From positions 30,693 to 62,692 of the forward strand of contig JASJBI010000026.1 in assembly GCA_030066595.1 (NCBI GenBank): DNA of 32,000 nucleotides, given 5' to 3'. This DNA is from Alphaproteobacteria bacterium (GTDB lineage Bacteria; Pseudomonadota; Alphaproteobacteria; JAJFFI01). Positions 7,274 to 13,843 of this stretch are shown in pieces; the stretch's first letter is position 1, and each line of letters begins with the position of its first letter. The notes beneath the pieces are model-generated. The model worked only from the letters and a program-made list of their open reading frames with translations, had not been told where the DNA came from and did no database searches. Made by a program: the position numbers and the translations under genes.

Positions 7274-9550
7274 CTAGGCGCGCCGCAGATGATAGGCAGG
7301 CGTCGTGCCGAACGCCTTGGGCAAGGTGAGGTTCCCGACATATTCGAGTGCAATCCCGCCTACGTTCTCCGCCGTGGCAACCGCCGCAAAAGACTCGCTG
7401 ACATAGACATTTCCAGGCGGAGTCACGGGTTCGATCCGAGCCGCCCGGTTGACGTAAGCGCCGCAGTACGTGACGCCGCCGGTAACGGGATCCGGCTGCG
7501 CGTGCACCGGCCCACAATCTATGGACAGCCGCAGACCGAGATGACGGGCGAGCCCCACGGCTGCCCAGTCAAGCGCATCGAAGCGATCGCGCAAATCCAA
7601 CCCGAACCGACAAGCCGACCGCACATCGGCCAGCACAAAGAAAAGACCGTCCCCAGTCGTACGACGATGAAGAACCGAAGCATCGTATTTCTGTGCGACT
7701 TCAGCCACGGGCCGCAAGAAGTGAGTCATGAAGTCCGGCAGAAGATGATCCGGGAGATCGCTGTAACCGCTCGTGTCAGCGAACAGCATTGCCCGGATTC
7801 GCCGTGCGCTTGCCAGGTCGCTTTCGGGTTCGAGGCCCGACGTGGCAGATTGCGAGACGTCTGTCTTGGTTGCGTTCGAGCGGTTGCCGATCGGGTGGAC
7901 TTTGCGGCCTTCACGATGCCACAGATCTGGCAACGACGCGGCGGGACCAGGACGGATTTCACCGGCAAGCGAGATCCTTTCTACGACAGTCGAGAGCGAC
8001 CGAGCCCGCAGAGCCGCTAGGCCGTCCGCGTGGAGGTCGGCAAAGTACTGAGCCTCGACCAGGCCCTGCGGTTCGAAATCACACAGGGCCAGAACGCGTG
8101 CCGCATCTGAGACAAGTCGATCGAAGCGCTCGGCCCACTGATTGCCGAGCGCTCGGCGAATCCAGGACTCCTTGAAGACCTCTGCCGGATAGGGGAGCAC
8201 CACATTGATCTCCGCGTCCTGGCGGTTCAGTTCCTCAAGAAAAAGAAGTTCGGCGACGCTTGCCGCCGAAGCATATCCGACGGACGCGCCGAGTCCGTCC
8301 AGACACCTGGCGATCTCATCAGCCAAGGCGCTTTCCGACATGTCCGACTGAGTGATCTCGCCCTCTTGTTCTGCTCTCCACGAGCCAAAGACCACGCAGG
8401 ACGGCGCGGGTATGAGTTCCTCAACACGCAAGTCGATGTCGCCGGTGTGATCCAGGACAAGCGCGGCTTGGCGACGGCTAGCGCCAAGGTCACGGTCCCG
8501 CCGTTGACCACGCGCCGCGCGCGCCGCGAGCCCGTAGTACTTCCTGCTTCGTGCTTCATCCCGCTGGATCAGCGCTGCCTCCCCCAGTGTCGCCAGCGGC
8601 CAGTAGTGGTCCTGATGAGCATCCTCCGCGTTGAGTTGCTCTTCACAAATAACCTCCACCTCCCGAGCAAGACGCTGAGCCAGATCTGCGTCTGCGCTTA
8701 GGAGAGCTGTCATAGCGGCGTTGATGCCGTTGTAGGAGGCGTGGTCCAGCCGACCTTCCTTTCGGGCGTTCTTGTAGGCGCCGAGATAGGCGCTATGCGC
8801 CTTTCTCATCTGGCCGGTACGTTGGTCCTGATCCTGCGCGCTGAGTGCGAGCTCCTTGAACGTGCGACCGAGCAGCCCAAGGGTCTCTCCGTCCCGCAGC
8901 CCTTGTTGGTGCAGACCCGTCAGGATCGCATGCGCGGGCATCAGGGCACCGCACTGGATGAGCGCAAGGCCCATCAACTGATTGAGCCGGAGCGCAAGGT
9001 CCCGTTCGTCTTTGGCGAGCTGATCCAGTCTCGCACCTGCCGGAAAGTGGGCCAGCCCCTCGGCGGCGACGTCATATGCGAACAATGGATCGATCCGCAC
9101 GGCCCGCTCGGTCAGGTCTCGGTACAGACGGGGATGGCTGGACCAAAGATCGTGGTCACGATGCAGCCATACACTTCGCAGGTTCGCCGACGTGGCGCGG
9201 CGAGGATCACTCAGGATCTCAGTGATGTCTTGCGGTTCGGCGCCGGCAGCTGGTAGCCGGTTGCCTTGGCCAGGGTTGATCTCGAAGCCCAACGCGAGAA
9301 CCGCCTTGAGTGTCTCTGACGCGCTTTGCAGATCGTATTCCTTCTCGGAGTCCGGCAGTTCGCTGAACTCGATCAGGTTTGGGTGTGTCTTTTGGTCTTG
9401 GTTGCGATCCGTACCGTGACGCCAACCCTCGGCAAGCCGTCTGGCGGCCCAAACGTCGTGCAAATGGCGCGCCAGCTCCGCAAGCCGCCGCTCCAGGGAT
9501 TCATCGAGCTCAATCTCCGACGTGTCTATCGGTGTCGGACGATAACCCAT
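7274..9550 (-). CDS. Multidomain signalling protein: RyR domain + DUF4071/MAP3K-TRAF-binding-like TPR region + Rossmann/SLOG-like module + class III adenylate/guanylate-type nucleotidyl cyclase.
   Basis: The track ORF is 7274..9661. I place the start at ATG 9550 (MGYRPTPID), because the upstream 37 codons are an Arg/Ser/Pro-rich extension. Domain motifs are listed in the four sub-features that follow. Confidence 0.85.
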   Translation of the reverse strand: MGYRPTPIDTSEIELDESLERRLAELARHLHDVWAARRLAEGWRHGTDRNQDQKTHPNLIEFSELPDSEKEYDLQSASETLKAVLALGFEINPGQGNRLPAAGAEPQDITEILSDPRRATSANLRSVWLHRDHDLWSSHPRLYRDLTERAVRIDPLFAYDVAAEGLAHFPAGARLDQLAKDERDLALRLNQLMGLALIQCGALMPAHAILTGLHQQGLRDGETLGLLGRTFKELALSAQDQDQRTGQMRKAHSAYLGAYKNARKEGRLDHASYNGINAAMTALLSADADLAQRLAREVEVICEEQLNAEDAHQDHYWPLATLGEAALIQRDEARSRKYYGLAARAARGQRRDRDLGASRRQAALVLDHTGDIDLRVEELIPAPSCVVFGSWRAEQEGEITQSDMSESALADEIARCLDGLGASVGYASAASVAELLFLEELNRQDAEINVVLPYPAEVFKESWIRRALGNQWAERFDRLVSDAARVLALCDFEPQGLVEAQYFADLHADGLAALRARSLSTVVERISLAGEIRPGPAASLPDLWHREGRKVHPIGNRSNATKTDVSQSATSGLEPESDLASARRIRAMLFADTSGYSDLPDHLLPDFMTHFLRPVAEVAQKYDASVLHRRTTGDGLFFVLADVRSACRFGLDLRDRFDALDWAAVGLARHLGLRLSIDCGPVHAQPDPVTGGVTYCGAYVNRAARIEPVTPPGNVYVSESFAAVATAENVGGIALEYVGNLTLPKAFGTTPAYHLRRA
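7292..7804 (-). other. Class III nucleotidyl cyclase catalytic domain.
   Basis: The first metal Asp is in MLFADTSGYS (nt 7760..7789). The second metal Asp is in TTGDGLFF (7637..7660). The transition-state Asn/Arg pair is in YVNRAARIE (7430..7456), followed by PGNVYVSESF. Confidence 0.8.
7967..8410 (-). other. Rossmann-like (SLOG/LOG-like?) module.
   Basis: The segment reads CVVFGSWRAEQEG...LGASVGYASAASVAELLFLEELNRQDAEINVVLPYPAEVFKES. It resembles a recurring G-x-A-x-GAD-x-LF-x-E...VVLPF module found upstream of cyclase domains in other bacterial proteins (from memory). Here the GAD is degenerate (SVA). Confidence 0.35.
8417..9214 (-). other. DUF4071 / MAP3K TRAF-binding-like helical (TPR-like) region.
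   Basis: The motifs LGLLGRTFKELA and HASYNGINAAMTALL match the GRxYKD and YYPGINAATL signatures that I recall for this family. The surrounding sequence is helical. Confidence 0.5.
9278..9508 (-). other. RyR (ryanodine-receptor repeat, PF02026-like) domain of the cyclase protein.
   Basis: The segment reads LAELARHLHDVWAARRLAEGWRHGTDRNQDQKTHPNLIEFSELPDSEKEYDLQSASETLKAVLALGFEI. It matches the RyR pattern as I remember it: H-x-x-W, a GW-x-x-G motif, HP-x-L-V/I-x-[FY], and L-x-x-x-EK-x-x-D. Confidence 0.7.
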
Positions 9551-9739
9551 GTGCGAGATCCTTCGAGCAGGGGGAGCAGCATAGCAGATCCCCAAAGGCG
9601 AGCGGGCAGCCGGAACAGGCGAGCTGCTGCGTCGTCGACGGCGACCGGCCTGGCGTCTCACATCCGGCGAAATATATCCCGGAGTGGCAGCACTTATGGG
9701 GGCGAAACCAAGCCAATGTCCGTCCGGGTCCCGAATCTA

Positions 9740-9751
9740 GGAAAATTTTCC
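9740..9751. promoter_or_regulatory. Perfect 12-bp palindrome GGAAAATTTTCC in the divergent promoter region.
   Basis: The sequence is its own reverse complement. It lies in the 357-nt gap between the divergent cyclase and RyR mini-protein genes. Confidence 0.3.
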
Positions 9752-9839
9752 AAATCATGTGGAATCTGGCCTATACGTCTCTCCGTTGATTGCCGCAAGA
9801 AACGGCTCGCTGGCAGAGACGTGTGACTTTCAACACATT

Positions 9840-9855
9840 CATTGGATTTCCAATG
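9840..9855. promoter_or_regulatory. Inverted repeat CATTGGA-TT-TCCAATG upstream of the RyR mini-gene.
   Basis: It has 7-bp arms and a 2-nt centre. It ends 52 nt upstream of ATG 9908. Confidence 0.3.
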
Positions 9856-9907
9856 ACTAGGATTGCAACCATGTCCCACGTCTCAACAGTGCCGACTGGA
9901 TGGATAC

Positions 9908-10201
9908 ATGGCTCCCAAAAGCAAAGACCGCCTCGATACCAATGCGGTCGAACTCAACCAGCAATTCCTGGGATACGTCGAGGTGCTCGCCGCCCATATC
10001 CACCACAATTGGCTCGAGCGACGCGTGGCTGAAGGATGGGGACCTGGCAAGCAGCGGAATGACGACCGTATGACCCATCCGTGCATCAAACCGTACTCGG
10101 CGCTGCCGGAAAGCGAAAAAGAGTACGACCGGGAATCGGCGAGAGAAACGTTGAAAGCCTTGCTGGCCTTGGGATGCCGGATCACCGGCCCGGCCGGCTA
10201 G
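9908..10201 (+). CDS. Stand-alone RyR-domain protein (97 aa).
   Basis: The track ORF 9863..10201 starts at a TTG. I prefer ATG 9908 (MAPKSKDRLD...). The protein reads VEVLAAHIHHNWLERRVAEGWGPGKQRNDDRMTHPCIKPYSALPESEKEYDRESARETLKALLALGCRI, which aligns colinearly with the RyR domain of the neighbouring cyclase protein. Confidence 0.75.
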   Translation: MAPKSKDRLDTNAVELNQQFLGYVEVLAAHIHHNWLERRVAEGWGPGKQRNDDRMTHPCIKPYSALPESEKEYDRESARETLKALLALGCRITGPAG

Positions 10202-10289
10202 CTTCGTGAGCCCGTAGCGGACGCGCTGCCGCCTCCGGGCCGGTCAACTGGCAAGCCGCGACGCCGCGGATTTCAGGGCACGCCGGCAG

Positions 10290-12209
10290 CTATTCGAATA
10301 TCGCGAGGCAGGCGTCAAACAGATGCTCGTCGTGACGATCCAGGGATGGCCGCCGCGAAGCCTGGCCCTTGATACCTTCGAGGACCGACTGAATGAGCTC
10401 CTGGTCGTGGCTGGGCTCCTGAAATGCGTCTTGCATCATCAGCAGAGCGGTCACGCTGTCACGAAGCAGGCTCGGAAAGTGCCGCTCTTGAACGAGACTC
10501 TGGAATTCGGCAAGGGCCCTGTCTGCCAGCTTCTTCCGTTCACGTTCTCCCTGGCAAATGGCCAGTCCCACCAGCGCGGTCGCCTGCGCGTAGCGCAGCT
10601 CAATGGTCCGATGCCGGTCGTTTGAACCGGCCTCCTTCAACCCTTTTCGACAGTAATCCGCCGCCGCTTTGAAGGCTTTCTTCGCGTTCGTAAGGCCGTA
10701 CGCAGCCGCGCCATAGGCCTCGCTCTCCCTGAGCAACACGATTCCCATCAGCAGTTCCGGTGGCCAGGCAACAGCAAGCGCGTCCTTTCTTGTTGCATCG
10801 AGCAATGCCTTGGGAGGTTTTGGAAACTCGGCTGCAGGAGCGTCCTGTTCGAGCACGAGTCGTGTGCACTCGAGCCAGTGATAATAGTCTTCCCAGAGAC
10901 CGTCACCGCTGCGCTCGTCCTTGATATAGCCTTTCGGCGCAGTCTCATGGGCGCTGCGATGGTACGTCTCAGCGAGCTCAAGCGAGTTCTTTCGCTCGAC
11001 TCGCTTGTCGAGGCAGGAATAGACACGCGACAGCTCTCGATGCACGTTCCCCAGGCGCCTGAGAGAAGTTGCCCGTCTCTTGTGATCGTTACCGCGTTCA
11101 GCCAGTGAAGCTGCTCTGTCATAGAAGTTGATCGCAGACTGGAAATGCATTGCGGCGGCGGCGCAATCGTCCGCGAGGAATGAATCCCATCCGAGATCGC
11201 GACTGGCATTGCCGAGGCGCGCCAGAGTGATCTGCTCGCCCCTTCGATTGCCTATTTCCCGCTGGCTTTCCAAAGCCAACCTGTAGATACGGTCGGCCTT
11301 CTGGGCAAAACCACGGTCGCGCAAAAAGCTTGCGATGTTTCCGGGCAGCAACCCTCTGCCCCAGCGCCCATGCCTGAACTCGCTGAAGATCTCTAAGGCT
11401 CTTGAGAAGTTCTTCCGCGCGTCGTCCCACTGACCCAGCTTGCCGGACGCCCGCGCCAGGTCTGCATAGGCCAAGCCCCAATTCGGCCGAATGCTGATCT
11501 GCTCTCGCGGATCCCCATCCTCTTGCTGTTTGTTCCACTCTTCGAATTTCTCTACACCGGAGCAAAAATCATCGAAAGCACCCTTGGTGTCATAGTAGTA
11601 ATCGAGCTTCAGCCATCCGATTTCGTTTTGCCAGAGAGCTTCCTGCCAGTTGGCTCTCTTGCGCTCGTTCCTGACACCTTTAGCGATCTTGAGCGCTTCC
11701 TCCAGGTCCTGTCTTCCGCTGGCAATATCGCCTTGATAAGCCCTGCTCCATCCCAGGTAGCCGCACCACGTGCTCTCCTGTTCTCTCCAGCTTATCAAGT
11801 CGGGGTCCTCTTGCCCGTTTGCCTTGGACCTCTTGCGTGCGATCTTGAGGTACTCTGACGCCTTCTTAGGCCGCCCAACAAACAGGTAGGCGAGGCCAAG
11901 CCCGCCCTGATTGGCAACCTCGGCGGATGACGAGACTGGTTGCGAGCACGTCTCGTCCGCGAGTCTCTCCACAAGCTGGGTTCGCATTTCGATCAGTGCC
12001 TGGAGATAGCCCCAGGAAAGCAGATGGCTTGCGATGTCTTCGAGCGCCTGGCAAGCGCTTCGGCAATCGCCAGCGGACATCCGATGTTGGAACTCACTAA
12101 GCTGAGGCTCGACATCGTCGATGCTGTTCCACGTCTCGGGACTGGTGCGCAGTCTCAAGAAGTATTCCGCGGCAAGGCTCTCCAAGGTCGGCTGATTGTA
12201 GTTAGGCAT
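10290..12209 (-). CDS. All-helical TPR-like repeat protein (639 aa), probably the sensor arm of the upstream STAND NTPase.
   Basis: This is the only long ORF across the span. It contains repeated TPR-like A/G/Y/W-spaced helices, for example GLAYLFVGRPKKASEYLKIA, GLAYADLARASGKLGQWDDARKNFSRALEIF and LARLGNASRDLGWDS...AAAMHFQSAINFY. I see no enzymatic motif. The start is 17 nt after the stop of the NB-ARC gene on the same strand. Confidence 0.75.
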   Translation of the reverse strand: MPNYNQPTLESLAAEYFLRLRTSPETWNSIDDVEPQLSEFQHRMSAGDCRSACQALEDIASHLLSWGYLQALIEMRTQLVERLADETCSQPVSSSAEVANQGGLGLAYLFVGRPKKASEYLKIARKRSKANGQEDPDLISWREQESTWCGYLGWSRAYQGDIASGRQDLEEALKIAKGVRNERKRANWQEALWQNEIGWLKLDYYYDTKGAFDDFCSGVEKFEEWNKQQEDGDPREQISIRPNWGLAYADLARASGKLGQWDDARKNFSRALEIFSEFRHGRWGRGLLPGNIASFLRDRGFAQKADRIYRLALESQREIGNRRGEQITLARLGNASRDLGWDSFLADDCAAAAMHFQSAINFYDRAASLAERGNDHKRRATSLRRLGNVHRELSRVYSCLDKRVERKNSLELAETYHRSAHETAPKGYIKDERSGDGLWEDYYHWLECTRLVLEQDAPAAEFPKPPKALLDATRKDALAVAWPPELLMGIVLLRESEAYGAAAYGLTNAKKAFKAAADYCRKGLKEAGSNDRHRTIELRYAQATALVGLAICQGERERKKLADRALAEFQSLVQERHFPSLLRDSVTALLMMQDAFQEPSHDQELIQSVLEGIKGQASRRPSLDRHDEHLFDACLAIFE

Positions 12210-12226
12210 CGGTCGTTCCCATCGTC

Positions 12227-13843
12227 CTACGCTCTCTGGGGGATTTGGCCATAGGCATACTCCCGGTCGAGCGCGTGCAGGCTGTATTGGCGCGTGGCCG
12301 CGTTCATTTGCACGAAATGGCCGTTGACCAGCCGCCGCAGAGACGCGCGAACGTCCAGAGCGGGCAAGAAGGGCTGGGTCAGATAGGCGATCGCCGTTTC
12401 GTCAACCTGATCGTTAAAGACGGCGAGCGCCTCCATGACGCGTTTCTCGGGTTCTTCGAGGCGTCGGTACCCGGCGGCGACCAGAGGTTCCATAACCCCG
12501 GCGCTGAATACGGCTCTGTCCGCCAAGACTTCAGACAGATCGGTCGTCGGATCCTCGTACAACAGACCCGCGAGGATCTCGAGCGCCCGGGGTATGCCCT
12601 GCGTCAGTTTGGCCGCACGTCGCAGGTCGGCCTCCTTGGCGCTGCGCAGGCCAAGCAATCCCTGCGGATCCAGGTCACGCAACAGCTCGACCGCCTCGTC
12701 CTCGCCGAGCCCCTCGCTCAACGAGATCGTCCGCGTGGTTCGCAAGGCGGCGGCGGGCAGCCTCAGCTTCTCCTGCGACGTCACGATCAGCTTCGCGCCG
12801 CTCGGCTTGGTCACGCACTGCTCGACAAAGGCCCGAAGGCCTTTGTCCCGGATCGTGCCGTCCGCCTCCAGCTCGTCCTCGAAATTGTCCATGAGAAAGA
12901 CGTATGTGCCATCCGCCATGACCTCGATCAGGTATTCGGCCTTGGCGGCCAATGACATGGTCGTGTTGACCCAGCGGGCGGCGAGGCTGTCGGCGACCGG
13001 TCTTTCCAGGATCTTGGCGAGGTCCGAATAAAGCCGCTCCAGGGTTATCCGCGTGTTCTGGGCGCTCAGATAGACAATGCCGTTGATCGGGAGGCTGGCG
13101 CCGTTGCCGCGGACTGACATCTCGCCCTGTTCCAGTTCGGCCAGGAGGCGCGTGGCCAGGGCCGTCTTGCCCATACCCCCTCGGCCCAGAACGCTCACCA
13201 TGTGCACGCCGCCATCCAACAGATAGTCTCGGAGTTCCTCTTGTTCCCTTTCGCGGCCCTTGAACGTGTCCACAACATCCAGCGGCCGGACATTCACAAC
13301 GCCATGGCTGTGATGTTGGCGCCCACCCTGGGTCCCGAAGCGGATCTTGCTTTCCTTGAAGGCATCCAAGGAGCAGTCCAACTGCTCCTGCGTCCACTGC
13401 GCGATCGACGCGACCACCTGTTCCGCGAAATCCTTTTCATCCTTGAAGAAATGAACGACATGCGAATTGCAGAGCTCATGGCGCCACGCCGCAATCTTCT
13501 CGTGCTCCGAACCACGATCCACACATTCGGGATCCCAACGCACTTTCTGATCAAGCATGAAGATGAACCGCGCGAGTCCGGATCGGCATGCCTGCTGGTA
13601 TTCAAGCTCGGTGATGGAGCGTTCTTGGTCGGTCGGAATGTGTCCGTAATGCCAGGCAACGATCCCGATATAGACTTGGCAGGCGGCGACGTCGGCGAGA
13701 CATACGTCGAGCGGCCGCCCATCCTTGGCGGGGTAGTCTTCCATCGCTACGACGTCGTGTCGCATGCTCCTGAGAAAGTCATAGGCGGCCTGGCGATACT
13801 CTTGGAGATCGCTATACGTGGACGAAATGTAGATCTTCGCCAT
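12227..13843 (-). CDS. DUF4062 (TIR-like) + NB-ARC STAND P-loop NTPase (538 aa).
   Basis: The N-terminus is MAKIYISSTYSDLQEYRQAAYDFL...MEDYPA...CQVYIGIVAWHYGH...SITELEYQQA...FIFML, the DUF4062 pattern. Walker A is GRGGMGKT (nt 13163..13186) and Walker B is VFLMDNFED. Also present are LIVTSQ, the GxP motif TQGIPRALEILAG, and the MHD-like YSLHALDREYA 12 residues before the stop. Confidence 0.85.
   Translation of the reverse strand: MAKIYISSTYSDLQEYRQAAYDFLRSMRHDVVAMEDYPAKDGRPLDVCLADVAACQVYIGIVAWHYGHIPTDQERSITELEYQQACRSGLARFIFMLDQKVRWDPECVDRGSEHEKIAAWRHELCNSHVVHFFKDEKDFAEQVVASIAQWTQEQLDCSLDAFKESKIRFGTQGGRQHHSHGVVNVRPLDVVDTFKGREREQEELRDYLLDGGVHMVSVLGRGGMGKTALATRLLAELEQGEMSVRGNGASLPINGIVYLSAQNTRITLERLYSDLAKILERPVADSLAARWVNTTMSLAAKAEYLIEVMADGTYVFLMDNFEDELEADGTIRDKGLRAFVEQCVTKPSGAKLIVTSQEKLRLPAAALRTTRTISLSEGLGEDEAVELLRDLDPQGLLGLRSAKEADLRRAAKLTQGIPRALEILAGLLYEDPTTDLSEVLADRAVFSAGVMEPLVAAGYRRLEEPEKRVMEALAVFNDQVDETAIAYLTQPFLPALDVRASLRRLVNGHFVQMNAATRQYSLHALDREYAYGQIPQRA
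13394..13837 (-). other. DUF4062 / TIR-like putative effector domain of the STAND protein.
   Basis: This covers residues about 3-150 of the 538-aa protein; motifs are given in the parent feature. The assignment of DUF4062 to a TIR-like or nucleoside-deoxyribosyltransferase-like fold is from memory of the comparative-genomics literature. Confidence 0.55.

Noticed and set aside
7289-8020. The 243-aa plus-strand ORF antisense to the cyclase domain, and ORFs 8741..9256 (+) and 12245..13031 (+) inside the island.
   Set aside because: They have no motifs and lie opposite clear domain-bearing frames with cyclase catalytic motifs, the Walker A motif and others. I see no independent start or RBS signal.
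7274-9550. Labelling the cyclase gene as a Pycsar or CBASS cyclase.
   Set aside because: CBASS uses CD-NTase-fold enzymes, not class III cyclases. Pycsar cyclases are short proteins paired with an adjacent effector carrying a cyclic-nucleotide-binding domain. No such effector (CNB, SAVED, STING, or a TM effector with CNB) is present here, and the architecture is far larger. I keep it as 'class III cyclase domain, product unknown'.
9551-9661. N-terminal extensions offered by the ORF track: cyclase to 9661, MarR to 3478, FAD monooxygenase to 17062, sigma factor to 30456, GluQRS from 26578, and the membrane protein from 22087.
   Set aside because: The extended parts are Arg/Ser/Pro/Gly-rich and lack homology-like sequence. 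They also overlap neighbouring genes or promoters. In-frame internal starts with better RBS spacing coincide with where the recognisable domain sequence begins. These choices were made by eye and are not proven.
10202-10289. The small hairpin CCGCG-ACGC-CGCGG, followed by ATTT, between the convergent RyR mini-gene and the TPR gene, considered as a terminator.
   Set aside because: The stem is only 5 bp with a short T-run. That is too weak to call in GC-rich DNA, where such hairpins are frequent.
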